Below, in pieces: positions 9,251 through 18,972 of a stretch of DNA of 46,365 bases (positions within the stretch are counted from its first letter, which is position 1; every line of letters starts with the position of its first letter). Both the position numbers and the translations under genes were made by a program. The stretch spans positions 1 to 46,365 of the forward strand of contig JAXINV010000013.1 in assembly GCA_034190465.1 (NCBI GenBank), read 5' to 3'. The notes under the pieces are model-generated. The model was given only the letters and a program-made list of their open reading frames with translations. It was not told the origin of the DNA and did no database searches. The DNA comes from Candidatus Asbonarchaeum danakilense (GTDB taxonomy: Archaea > Nanohalarchaeota > Nanosalinia > Nanosalinales > Nanoanaerosalinaceae).

Positions 9251-9703
9251 ATGCAGACACTTGAAACCTTCCGCTCCAACCTCAGCGCCGAGTCCAAGGC
9301 GTACGGCTATACATTGAGCATCTGGGGCTCGGGCGCATTCCTAATCTCGCAGTACAGCCTGAGCCCGCCCCGCATCGGGATGTTCATCCTGGGAGCGGTG
9401 CTGGGCTTCGGGCTGCTGGCGCTGATCGCGTTCCGCGGCGTGTTCAGCAGCTACAGCTACCGCCACGATGAGCAGTACATCGTGGCATCGATCATCCACA
9501 TCCTCGCCTCGTTCGGCAACGTGCTGCTCAGCTATCTCCTGATCCTGGCGACCGCACCGTACCTGGCACCGGTCGCTGTCTTCACGCTGATCGGCCTGCA
9601 CGCCTCGTTCAGCTACAACGTGCTCCTGCTGGTGGAGGACTACATGATCGAGGAGATCGCGGCTGTCGAATCCACGCTGAACGAAGAGATCGGCGGCGAG
9701 TGA
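9251..9703 (+). CDS. Conserved hypothetical membrane protein (about 4 TM)
   Basis: Hydrophobic 150 aa ORF with typical codon usage; ESKAYGYTLSIWGSGA N-terminal motif. Confidence 0.75.
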   Translation: MQTLETFRSNLSAESKAYGYTLSIWGSGAFLISQYSLSPPRIGMFILGAVLGFGLLALIAFRGVFSSYSYRHDEQYIVASIIHILASFGNVLLSYLLILATAPYLAPVAVFTLIGLHASFSYNVLLLVEDYMIEEIAAVESTLNEEIGGE

Positions 9704-9771
9704 CCGGCCCGGCCCCGACCAGCGCGAGGTTTTTTAACCGTTGACCCCCTAACAACCGAGTGCCCGTACAC

Positions 9772-9846
9772 GGACCCGTGGCTTAGTCAGGTTAAAGCGC
9801 CACGCTGATAACGTGGAGATCCCCAGTTCAAATCTGGGCGGGTCCA
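9772..9846 (+). tRNA. tRNA-Ile(GAU)
   Basis: Acceptor GGACCCG/CGGGTCC+A, anticodon arm CCACG-CTGATAA-CGTGG, T arm CCCAG-TTCAAAT-CTGGG; CCA not encoded; TTTTTTAA promoter at about 9730. Confidence 0.96.
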
Positions 9847-9913
9847 CTACCTGCTTTGTTCAGAAAGACCTCGTGGGAGGCTTTTTTGAAGGCCTTCGTC
9901 GCGTCCCTACAAT

Positions 9914-10114
9914 ATGACCGCGCAGACGCAAGAGGCAAGCGACATGGCCTTCAACGCTCTCGAACAGACACACCAACGGCTCAGCTCTAACCCTGACATC
10001 ACAGACCATAACAAACAGGTTCTCAACGAATTCTTCCTCAAAGCCAGATCCGGCGGCGTCAACGCTGCCACGCTCCGCGATTTCGACTTTAGCTCCTCCA
10101 CCACAGCCCAATAA
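9914..10114 (+). pseudogene. Probable N-terminal remnant of a tyrosine recombinase/integrase
   Basis: Lies just 3' of tRNA-Ile. NPDITDHNKQVLNEF...G.NAATLRDF resembles N-termini of archaeal XerC/D-like integrases; it stops after 66 aa with no catalytic domain. Confidence 0.45.
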
Positions 10115-10195
10115 GTACTAGCGCCACAGCTGTGATAATGCGCTGTGCAATCACACGTGCTGACCGGAATAAGTCACTCACTGGAGCATCTATCG

Positions 10196-10291
10196 TCACA
10201 GGATGAAATGACGCACCAGCAAGTAAACCGACATTGCGACAAGTATTCCGGCCGCTTGGCCTTTAGTGATCTCGAATTTTTCCATTTGCAT
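10196..10291 (-). CDS. Putative 31-aa single-TM microprotein
   Basis: MQMEKFEITKGQAAGILVAMSVYLLVRHFIL; palindromic TATA ATTTATAAAT at 10313-10322, about 22 nt upstream. Confidence 0.4.
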   Translation of the reverse strand: MQMEKFEITKGQAAGILVAMSVYLLVRHFIL

Positions 10292-10386
10292 GTCGCGCAG
10301 GACTTGTACGCGATTTATAAATGCTGTCCTAACTTCAGTTCTCACAAGCATCATCCTTTTCACCCTCACAATCCAACAACTTCACC

Positions 10387-11427
10387 ATGAAAGCCGCCCG
10401 TTTCAACGGTCCGGAGGATATTTCTATCGAGGAAGTGGAGAAACCTGAGATCCAGGAGGACAGTGACATCCTGCTGAAGGTGACGCATACCTGTATCTGT
10501 GGCTCCGATCTGTGGCCGTACCGCGGGGAGAGCGATCAGGAGCCAGGGACGCCGATCGGGCACGAGCCCATGGGCATCGTCGAGGAGACAGGCGACGACG
10601 TCGTCTCCGTCCAGGAAGGCGACCGCGTCATCATCCCGTTCTCCACCAGCTGCGGCGAATGCGAGTTCTGCCGGAAAGGCCTTTACACCTCCTGCACCGA
10701 CATGGCGTTCTGGGACGAGAAGACAGGAGGCGGCCAGGGCCAGTACGTCCGCGTCCCGAACGCCGACGGCAGCGCCGTCACGGTCCCCGACGAACACGCA
10801 GACGACGAGGAGATGTTGGAACGGCTGCTCCCGCTGACCGACGTCATGTGCACCGGGCACCACGCCGCCGTCAGCGCCGAAGTCAGCGAGGGCGACACCG
10901 TCATCGTCATCGGCGACGGAGCAGTCGGCCTCTGCGGGGTCCTCGCAGCCCAGCGGCTCGGCGCGGAGCGGATCATCGCCATGGGCCAGCACGACGACCG
11001 GCTCCAGGTCGCCGAACAGTTCGGCGCCACCCACACCATCAACGCCGAGCCCGACAAAGCAGTCCAGCGGGCACTCGAGCTCACCGACGGCGGCGCCAAC
11101 CACGTCATGGAATGCGTCGGCCTCGCCGAGACACTGAACGAAGCAGCACAGGTCTGTCGTCCCGGCGGCAACGTCGGCTACGTCGGCGTCCCGCACATCG
11201 GCGACGACTTCGACCTCGAAGCCTTCTTCCGCAAGAACCTCACCCTCCAGGGCGGCGTCGCACCGGTCCGGAAGTACATCGAAGACCTCATGGACGACGT
11301 CCTCCAGGGCGTCCTCGACCCGAGCCCCATCTTCACCATGGAGGTCGGCATCGACGGCGTGCCCGACGGCTACCAGGCCATGCATGACCGGGACGAGATC
11401 AAGGTCCTCGTCAGGCCGTGGGAGTGA
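10387..11427 (+). CDS. Zinc-dependent alcohol dehydrogenase (MDR family)
   Basis: CICGSDL, GHE, structural-Zn CGECEFC...C and GDGAVG Rossmann motifs. Confidence 0.95.
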   Translation: MKAARFNGPEDISIEEVEKPEIQEDSDILLKVTHTCICGSDLWPYRGESDQEPGTPIGHEPMGIVEETGDDVVSVQEGDRVIIPFSTSCGECEFCRKGLYTSCTDMAFWDEKTGGGQGQYVRVPNADGSAVTVPDEHADDEEMLERLLPLTDVMCTGHHAAVSAEVSEGDTVIVIGDGAVGLCGVLAAQRLGAERIIAMGQHDDRLQVAEQFGATHTINAEPDKAVQRALELTDGGANHVMECVGLAETLNEAAQVCRPGGNVGYVGVPHIGDDFDLEAFFRKNLTLQGGVAPVRKYIEDLMDDVLQGVLDPSPIFTMEVGIDGVPDGYQAMHDRDEIKVLVRPWE

Positions 11428-11472
11428 CCGCCGCTCCCCGGATTTTTATACCGGCAACGCATAGTTGGACGC

Positions 11473-11787
11473 ATGGAGCGGCTGCAGAAGATCCGCCGGT
11501 TCCTCGGCACCATGAAGCACCGGTTCCTGGTCTTCCTCGCCGTCGACACCGTCGTCCTCTACTGGCTGCTGTTCCGGGCAAAACTCGTCTGCGTCCAGGG
11601 ACTCACCGGTCCACCGAGGACATCCTGTTACTCCCTGTTCTCACATCCCGACCAGGCGATCTTCGTCAACGAGAAAGCCGTCGCAGCGATCGCCGTCGTC
11701 CTCTCCATCGTCGCCTACCTCGCCGTGGAAGGCGGTTACCGGCTTGCCACACGGTTGCGGTCCAGCGAAAGACAGCACGGATCCTGA
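11473..11787 (+). CDS. Hypothetical 2-TM membrane protein
   Basis: Two hydrophobic segments with a Cys pair in the loop; TTTTATA promoter about 25 nt upstream. Confidence 0.6.
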   Translation: MERLQKIRRFLGTMKHRFLVFLAVDTVVLYWLLFRAKLVCVQGLTGPPRTSCYSLFSHPDQAIFVNEKAVAAIAVVLSIVAYLAVEGGYRLATRLRSSERQHGS

Positions 11788-11855
11788 GACAAACCGGCTC
11801 CACGGCACCGGCCACGACGAGAGCATAAAAAACCTGCGTCCCAATCCCTCACCTG

Positions 11856-12590
11856 ATGAACCTGCTGCTCTGGGGAAGCTTGGTCGTGGTCTCCCTCTTC
11901 TCCGCACTGGGCGCCCTCCTCCTCTTCCTGTCCGAGCCCTCCTACGAGCGGCTCAGCCCGTACCTGCTCTCCCTCGCCGCAGGCACGATGTTCGGCGGCG
12001 TTTTCATCCACCTCATCTTCCGCCTGGCCAACACCTACAGCTACGGACGGGGGTCTGGCCTGCTGGTTGTCATCGGCATCCTCGCCTCCCTTGGCCTTGA
12101 ACGTCTCGTGCACTGGCACTGCCACCATACCCAATGCCGTCAACAGCCGTTGCCGTACATCCTGGCCGCAGGAGACGCGTTACACAACATAATCGACGGC
12201 GTCCTCATCGCCACCAGCTTCCTCGCCTCCACCACCGCAGGCCTCAGCGCAGTCATCGCCGTCATCGCTCACAAGATACCCAAGGAGTTCGGTGACTTTG
12301 GCGTCATGGTCCGGTTCGGCTTCTCGGAGACCAAAGCCATCGCCACCAACATCACCATCAGCCTCCTCATGTTCATCGGAGCCGGTATCGTCGTCCTCGC
12401 CGCACAGAGAACAGCAGGGATTGTCCCCTTCCTACTCCCACTCGTCATCGGCAACTTCATCTACGTCGCCGGCAGCGACCTGCTCCCCACATTCAAAGAA
12501 GACGAGAACTGGCATCGCCACACATTGGTGTTCTCCCTCGGCGTCGCCATCATGTACAGCCTCCCCTACATCAGGCAGGCGCTCCTCTGA
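11856..12590 (+). CDS. ZIP family metal (Zn) transporter
   Basis: LSLAAGTMFG, HWHCHH loop, GDALHNIIDG, H-IP-EFGDF, FIYVAGSDLLP. Confidence 0.92.
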   Translation: MNLLLWGSLVVVSLFSALGALLLFLSEPSYERLSPYLLSLAAGTMFGGVFIHLIFRLANTYSYGRGSGLLVVIGILASLGLERLVHWHCHHTQCRQQPLPYILAAGDALHNIIDGVLIATSFLASTTAGLSAVIAVIAHKIPKEFGDFGVMVRFGFSETKAIATNITISLLMFIGAGIVVLAAQRTAGIVPFLLPLVIGNFIYVAGSDLLPTFKEDENWHRHTLVFSLGVAIMYSLPYIRQALL

Positions 12591-12779
12591 CAGCTTCACG
12601 AACATCAACCCTCTGGACCAGACACAACAACCACAAAACGCCAATCCTGCCCTGGCATGTACCAGGAACCCGCATACACCGATGCACAGGGCGTTTCCTT
12701 CATCCACGGGCCCGATGGACCCACGGTCAGTGACAGGAGAGGCAAAAACGTTTTAGTGAGCCGGAGACCACAACCCGGT

Positions 12780-15700
12780 ATGCTGCACCGGTACCGGGCA
12801 CTTATCCTCGTGGCCTGCCTGGCAGCGTTCCTGCCAGCAGCGACCGCGGCCACGTCGATCGACACCTGCCGGGCCCTGACCACCAGCGGCACCACATACA
12901 GCCTCAGCCAGACCATCGGCTCCGCACCGTTCACACTCACGGAAAACGTCACCGCCGCCCCTTCCTACCAGCATCACCGGTACCAGATCAACGTCACCGC
13001 CGTCAACACCTCCTCCCAGACCGTCAACGCCACCGTGACCGCCGAGATCCAGGGACGACCGACCACCCAGGTCAGCCTCGGCACCGCCATGACCTCCGTC
13101 TTCAGCGGCAACCTCTCCCTCAACGCCTCGTTCAGCGGGCAGCAGGCCAACCTGACCACCAACATCTCCACCATCGACAAGGTACCGCCTCAACGGGAGG
13201 CTACACTCAGCCCGGGAGCCAACCTCACCCATCACCGCTACACCGTCGCCGTCGACAGCATCAAGACCGACAGCCACGTCAACCTCTCCGTCTTCAAAGA
13301 CGGCACCGCCCTCTCCTACAACAACACCCCGTTCAACTTCCTCAACAAAGGTGACGAAGTCAGAGAGCCCGTCTACGGTGAACTGAACGTCACCGTCACC
13401 AGCCTGACAGACACCGCCACCCTCTCCACAGAACTCATCGCCGTCACCCATGATGCCTGCCTGGAGATCCGGAACGACAGTATAACAGTCGACGGCAACA
13501 GTTTCAGCATCTTCCACCAGCAGAGCTTCTTCAGCGCCGACACATCAAGCAACAACACCTCCAACCCGACAGATGACAGAATCGGGATCCGCGTCACCAA
13601 CGCCACCGACACACGGATCGAGGACATCAGCGTCGAGGGCTGGGTCGGCGGGATATACAGCAACAGATCCGACAGCATCGATATCGTCAACACGACCGTC
13701 TCAAACTCCTTCCTCGGAATCAGCAGCAACAGCAGCACCGACCTCAGCGTCATCGAAAGCCGCATCAACAGCACACTCGTCGGGTTAGCTGTCAACGAAT
13801 CCCAGGACATCCTCATCGACAGCACCGCCTTCAGCTCGTTCTGGCTGGCAACCAGCATCGGCAACAGCACAGGCATCGTCGCCACCAACATCTCCCTCGC
13901 CGCCCACGGCGGATCGTTCAGCGGGTTCGAAGGGCTCGGCATCACCAACAGCTCAGACATCCGGATCAACAACGTCACAGCCAACAGCGTCTGGCAGCCC
14001 ATCAACCTCAACAGCACAACCAACGCCACCATCAAGCACGTCACCGCCAACCAGTCCAGCACAGCCGTCGTCCTCGACAGCACCCAAGACACCAGCATCC
14101 GCCACATATCCGTCACCAACGGCATCCTGAGTGCACGCGCGCTCACACTCCGAAACGCCGCCGCTACCGTCATCTCCGACATCAACGCCACCAGCATCGC
14201 GCAGGGCCTTGTCCTCACCAACGCCACCGACACCCGTCTCACCTCGTTCAACGTCTCGACCGGATCCTCAGCCACGTTCACCGGGCCAGCCGTCCTGATC
14301 CAGGGCCACCAGACCGACAACACCACCATCCGCGACGGCACCGTAACCTACCGCAACCTGGCCAGCGCCGTCAGCGTCCGGGGCAAGAGCGTCACAGTCA
14401 GCGACACCACGATCACCGACCTCGATATCAGGATACCCGGTGATGGACGCGGTATCTCCATCACGAACAGCTCAGGCACCACAATCACATCCACCACCAT
14501 CAAAAACGGCAGCATCGGCCTCCTCCTCCAGAACAACACCGATACCGTCATCGAAGACCTCACCGCCACCAGTGCAGCTTACGGCGGCGTGGTCAGCGCC
14601 TCGAACAACAGCAAGATCCGTGAGCTAGACCTCCAGCAGATCGAACAGCGAGGGCTCAACGTCAGCACCGTTCACGACCTCCTCCTCACCGACAGCCGCA
14701 TCCAGGCCAGCGGCACCGCCCTCCACGTAGAGGCCACCGCCAACAGCAGCATCTACGACAACGTGTTCAACGGCTCCACAGCAGTCACACTTGACAGCGT
14801 CACGAACACGTCCTGGTACCGGCGCTCCGACGACACCAACATCCTCGGCCTCCCCGGGACCGGTGGCAACGCCTACATCAACGGGAAAGGCGGCTACAGC
14901 GTCACATGTACCCCCGACGGCGTCTTCTGCTCCGAACCGTACAGCATCGACACCAACAACACCGACAGCTATCCCCTGGCAATCTCATCAACCCTGAACG
15001 CCGTCATCACCCCCTCGGATCCGTCAACATTGCAGCTGACACCGGCGAACGGCTACACGCAGCACCTCAAGTTCAGCGCCGGAAGCTCCTCCGGACGGAT
15101 CATCGAATACGACTGGGAGCTCGTCGGCGGCGGACAGCAGAGCGACGGAAAGACCGCAAACTTCAGCTTCACACAGACTCGGCCCGATCCGACCGTGGTG
15201 CGGCTCACCGTCGGCAACGGCACCCACAGCCAGAAGATCTCCGTCCAGGTCCCGCTGGAAGACCGGCCGCAGGTCTCTGTCAACGCCTCACCCACCGTCT
15301 CCGCCGGCAGCGCGTTCAACCTGTCAGCCTCCGTCACCGACTCCTTTGACAGACCGGTCAGCATCCGCTGGCTGATAGACGGATCGGAGCAAGCGACAGG
15401 ACCCTGGTACAGCGATACACTCCAAGGAACAACGACCATAACCGTCAAGGCAGTCGACCAGGCAGGTCTCAGCAGCAGTACAACGACGACAGTGACCGTC
15501 ACCGAGAACGACACCCGGTCAGGGAACAACACCCGGCAGCCCGCACAGTGCGGCAACGGTAGCTGCGAACAGGGCGAAGACTGGCAGTCCTGCTCCACAG
15601 ACTGTTCCCCGCCCGACATCGTCCAGCAGGCACAGCAACAACTCACAGAGGCAAACAACTCCATCGAACAGGGTGAAGCCGGCTACCAGAAACTCCTCCA

Positions 15701-16028
15701 GGCCCAGGAAGCATTCCAGAACGGGGACTACGCGAAAGCCCGACAGCTGGCACGAGAGGCCCTCAAAAAGGCACAACAGGGGGACAGTGGAGGCCTCCCC
15801 CTCCTCCCCATCATCGGTGGTATCCTCGTCATCATGCTCCTCGGCGGCGGAGGGTTCCTGGCCTACACCTTCAGAGATGAACTCACCGATGTGATCAGCA
15901 CCGAAGACGACAATCAGGAACAGGACAACGACAGAAGAAGCCCTTCACCACAGCAGCAGTCCGAAAAACGTTCTGAAGACATCATGACCGGGGCCGACTT
16001 CCAGCAGAGAGACGACGATCGGCGATGA
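12780..16028 (+). CDS. Large cell-surface glycoprotein: right-handed beta-helix (NosD-like) repeats, PKD/Ig-like domains, Cys-rich motif, C-terminal TM anchor
   Basis: Start reassigned to ATG 12780 (signal peptide MLHRYRALILVACLAAFLPAATAA). Many N-x-S/T sequons, GI-I-NS repeats, GGNAY...DSYPL, FSAGSS..IIEYDW, CGNGSCEQGE...C..DC, and a TM helix near the C-terminus. Confidence 0.85.
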   Translation: MLHRYRALILVACLAAFLPAATAATSIDTCRALTTSGTTYSLSQTIGSAPFTLTENVTAAPSYQHHRYQINVTAVNTSSQTVNATVTAEIQGRPTTQVSLGTAMTSVFSGNLSLNASFSGQQANLTTNISTIDKVPPQREATLSPGANLTHHRYTVAVDSIKTDSHVNLSVFKDGTALSYNNTPFNFLNKGDEVREPVYGELNVTVTSLTDTATLSTELIAVTHDACLEIRNDSITVDGNSFSIFHQQSFFSADTSSNNTSNPTDDRIGIRVTNATDTRIEDISVEGWVGGIYSNRSDSIDIVNTTVSNSFLGISSNSSTDLSVIESRINSTLVGLAVNESQDILIDSTAFSSFWLATSIGNSTGIVATNISLAAHGGSFSGFEGLGITNSSDIRINNVTANSVWQPINLNSTTNATIKHVTANQSSTAVVLDSTQDTSIRHISVTNGILSARALTLRNAAATVISDINATSIAQGLVLTNATDTRLTSFNVSTGSSATFTGPAVLIQGHQTDNTTIRDGTVTYRNLASAVSVRGKSVTVSDTTITDLDIRIPGDGRGISITNSSGTTITSTTIKNGSIGLLLQNNTDTVIEDLTATSAAYGGVVSASNNSKIRELDLQQIEQRGLNVSTVHDLLLTDSRIQASGTALHVEATANSSIYDNVFNGSTAVTLDSVTNTSWYRRSDDTNILGLPGTGGNAYINGKGGYSVTCTPDGVFCSEPYSIDTNNTDSYPLAISSTLNAVITPSDPSTLQLTPANGYTQHLKFSAGSSSGRIIEYDWELVGGGQQSDGKTANFSFTQTRPDPTVVRLTVGNGTHSQKISVQVPLEDRPQVSVNASPTVSAGSAFNLSASVTDSFDRPVSIRWLIDGSEQATGPWYSDTLQGTTTITVKAVDQAGLSSSTTTTVTVTENDTRSGNNTRQPAQCGNGSCEQGEDWQSCSTDCSPPDIVQQAQQQLTEANNSIEQGEAGYQKLLQAQEAFQNGDYAKARQLAREALKKAQQGDSGGLPLLPIIGGILVIMLLGGGGFLAYTFRDELTDVISTEDDNQEQDNDRRSPSPQQQSEKRSEDIMTGADFQQRDDDRR

Positions 16029-16540
16029 CCACAATAACCTTCCTCAGACACTTCCAGACCGCAGTTGATCCTGAAACGCCCGTCGCCCAGTGGCAGCTCA
16101 GCGACGAAGGCAGAACGGCGATGGAGGCGTTCCTCGACGACCACGACTTCTCCCGGTTCGACCGTGTCGCCACCAGCCCAGAACCCAAGGCCGGCAGGAC
16201 CGCCGGGCGGATCGCGCAGCAGGCAGGCATCCCGCTCAGAGAAGACCAGCGGCTCGCCGAGGTGGACCGGAGCGCCGAGGGCTTCATCGACGACCACGAC
16301 CGGTACCTCGCCCAGGCAGAGCAGTACCTCCGCGACCAGGCGTTCGACGTCGACTGGGAGCCACGCGACCAGGTACGGGAGCGGATGGGGGCGTTCCTCA
16401 ACGACCAGGGACAGGAGAACATCCTCGCCGTCACACACGGCCTCATCCTCACCCTCACAGTAGCGCCGCGGCTCGGCCGGGAGCCGTTCCCGTTCTGGCA
16501 GGACCTCGGCTTCGGCGACACCGTGGGACTGGACGCGTGA
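16025..16540 (+). CDS. Histidine phosphatase (phosphoglycerate-mutase-like) family protein
   Basis: LRH-QT, LS..G, TSP..KA..TA, LAE and VTHG motifs. Confidence 0.85.
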   Translation: MTTITFLRHFQTAVDPETPVAQWQLSDEGRTAMEAFLDDHDFSRFDRVATSPEPKAGRTAGRIAQQAGIPLREDQRLAEVDRSAEGFIDDHDRYLAQAEQYLRDQAFDVDWEPRDQVRERMGAFLNDQGQENILAVTHGLILTLTVAPRLGREPFPFWQDLGFGDTVGLDA

Positions 16541-16584
16541 CACCGGGTAAACATTCTTATGCCGTCTCGAGAAAACTGGTCTGT

Positions 16585-17820
16585 ATGTCACTGAGCGACA
16601 CAACCACCGCTCGACTGGCGGTACTCAGCCTGCTCTTCCTCATCATCGCCGCCCCGTCAGCGACCGCGGCACCGATCTCCGACGATCCAAAACTCAACCT
16701 CGTCAACCTCCAGTACGAACCAGTCCCAGCCAGAGCCGGTGACTACGTCGACCTGTGGCTCAAGGTCGAGAACCTGGCCACCCAGCCCGCCAGCAACGTC
16801 ACCTGCGAACTGATACCCGACTACCCGTTCCAATTCGAACAGGGCGACGAAGCGGCCCGGACCATCGGCAAGCTGCCAGGTGGCGAGGTCAAGGTCTTCC
16901 AGTACCAGCTCAGGGTTGCATCCGACGCCGTCGAAGGCTGGAACACCCTGGACTTCCGGTGCAGGACCAGCCCCGACATGGCCTGGATCTCCCGCGAGAT
17001 CGAGATCAAGATCTCCGAGGGCATCAACCTGGCGCTCGGCGACATCTCCGCCGAACCGCTCGAACTCAGGCCCGACACCGAGGACGCCACACTGCGTGTC
17101 GGCGTGCAGAACGTCGGCGGGGCCGCGGCAGAGCTCGTCCAGACACAGCTCAGTCTGCCCGACGGCATCACGCCCAGCACCAGCTTCGCGAACCGGGACG
17201 CCCTCGGCCTCATCGAGGCAGGCAGCCAGAAGACAGCAGAGTACACCATCGACATCGCAGACACTGTAGAAGCCGGCAGCTACACCGCCAACATGACCGT
17301 CAGCTACAGCTCCGACGGAGAACGGAAACAGACCACGCTCCAGGTCCCGATAACCGTCAAAGGAGCGCCCGTCTTCGAGATCACGAACGTAACGACAACT
17401 CCCCCCTCCCTCATGCAGGGTGACAGCGCCCAGCTCCGTGTGACGATCACAAACGTCGGATCAGAGGAGGCAGAGTCCGCCTCAGCCAAGATCTACAAGC
17501 AGAGCGACCAGCCGTTCACCTTCGACGAGAAATACGATTTCCTCGGCAGCATCGGGCCGGGCGAGACCCAGGTCGCCGTCTTCCACTTCGACGTAGAAAG
17601 CGCCGCAGACCTGAAACAGTACCTCCTCGACCTCGAGATCCGGTACGTCACCGGCAACGACGTCCACACCACTGACAGATCCATCGGCGTCCGGGTCGGT
17701 GAGGAGGCAACAGGCATCAGCACGCAGAACCTTGCACTCGGGCTCATCGCCATCCTCCTTCTCGCCGGCATCGTCTACACCTACTGGAACCATCGGGAGC
17801 TCTTTGGACAGGACGGGTGA
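16585..17820 (+). CDS. COG1361 S-layer-like Ig-repeat protein associated with the RND transporter
   Basis: Start at ATG 16585; signal peptide, YEPVPA-AGDYVDLW...N, repeated Ig-like units, C-terminal TM; directly upstream of the MMPL genes. Confidence 0.85.
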   Translation: MSLSDTTTARLAVLSLLFLIIAAPSATAAPISDDPKLNLVNLQYEPVPARAGDYVDLWLKVENLATQPASNVTCELIPDYPFQFEQGDEAARTIGKLPGGEVKVFQYQLRVASDAVEGWNTLDFRCRTSPDMAWISREIEIKISEGINLALGDISAEPLELRPDTEDATLRVGVQNVGGAAAELVQTQLSLPDGITPSTSFANRDALGLIEAGSQKTAEYTIDIADTVEAGSYTANMTVSYSSDGERKQTTLQVPITVKGAPVFEITNVTTTPPSLMQGDSAQLRVTITNVGSEEAESASAKIYKQSDQPFTFDEKYDFLGSIGPGETQVAVFHFDVESAADLKQYLLDLEIRYVTGNDVHTTDRSIGVRVGEEATGISTQNLALGLIAILLLAGIVYTYWNHRELFGQDG

Positions 17821-17826
17821 TCCTCG

Positions 17827-18972
17827 GTGAATATCGAGGAATCACTTGAACGACCACTCAGGAAACTCGCCGGACTCCAGGTCGGCCATCCCTTCCTCAT
17901 CTTTATCCTCATCCTTGCAGGAACCGCAGTCACGTTGCACGCTGCCCAGGACCTCCAGATGCGGACCGATCTGCAGGAAGAACTGCCGCAGGGCCTCCGC
18001 TCTATCCAGCTGGAAGAGAGCGTCTCCAACAAACTTGGCGGCACCGACGTCATGCTCATCGTCGTCCGGCTCAACCACAGCTCCAGCATCCAGGCCACAC
18101 CCGACGACATCCGGGCACCAGCCGTCATGACAAGTTTGCTCCAGCTCGAATCCCGGCTCGAGACCGATCCCCGCATCGAGAGTGTCAGCTCGCCCGCCTC
18201 CCTCTTCACCGCCACCGGCGTCCCCGCAACGCTCTCCGGCGTCAAGACCGTGCTCAGCCAGTTCCCCCAGACCGATCCGCTGTTCAACCCCGGCTACTCC
18301 GCCACCCTCATCCAGCTCTACGTCACCATCCCCGGTGAAGAACAGAAGATCAAATCCTTCATGACAGACCTCAGGAACGACATCCAGGCCATCCAGCAGC
18401 CCGCCGGCGTCGACATGACCGTCACCGGGGAGGCCGCCTACCGGGCCACACTGACCAGCCTCCTCAAAGAAGAGATGATCTTCTCCATGCTCGTCGCCAG
18501 CCTGCTCATCCTCGGCTTCCTCTTCCTCGTCCAGCGGTCAGTCGCACGGGCCTTCCTCATCTTCTCCCCACTCGTGTTCGCCGTCGTCTGGACGCTCGGC
18601 ACCATGGCACTGCTCGGTATTCCCGTCACCATCGCCACCGTTTTCATCGGCGCGCTCATCCTGGGGATGGGCATCGAGTTCGGCGGATTCATGGTCGAAC
18701 GGTACAAGGAAGAACTCAGCGACGACTACGGTTACGAGGAAGCACATGCCGCCCTGATAACCGCCGTGCCCTCCGTCGGCACCGCGATCGTCGGGTCGTC
18801 CTCCACCACCATCCTCGGCTTCCTCACATTGCTCGCCGCCACCATGCCGATGATCCGTGAACTCGGCGTCGCACTGGCGCTCGGTGTCACCTACAGCCTC
18901 CTCGCCGTCATTGTCTTCGACCCCGTCCTCATCATCGCCCATGAATGGAGCAAAGGGGTGAAACCGTGGTAG
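17827..18972 (+). CDS. MMPL/RND transporter, half-size subunit 1
   Basis: 1+5 TM layout, VTGEAA, ILGMGIEFG...ERYKEE, SSTTILGFLTL. Confidence 0.88.
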   Translation: MNIEESLERPLRKLAGLQVGHPFLIFILILAGTAVTLHAAQDLQMRTDLQEELPQGLRSIQLEESVSNKLGGTDVMLIVVRLNHSSSIQATPDDIRAPAVMTSLLQLESRLETDPRIESVSSPASLFTATGVPATLSGVKTVLSQFPQTDPLFNPGYSATLIQLYVTIPGEEQKIKSFMTDLRNDIQAIQQPAGVDMTVTGEAAYRATLTSLLKEEMIFSMLVASLLILGFLFLVQRSVARAFLIFSPLVFAVVWTLGTMALLGIPVTIATVFIGALILGMGIEFGGFMVERYKEELSDDYGYEEAHAALITAVPSVGTAIVGSSSTTILGFLTLLAATMPMIRELGVALALGVTYSLLAVIVFDPVLIIAHEWSKGVKPW

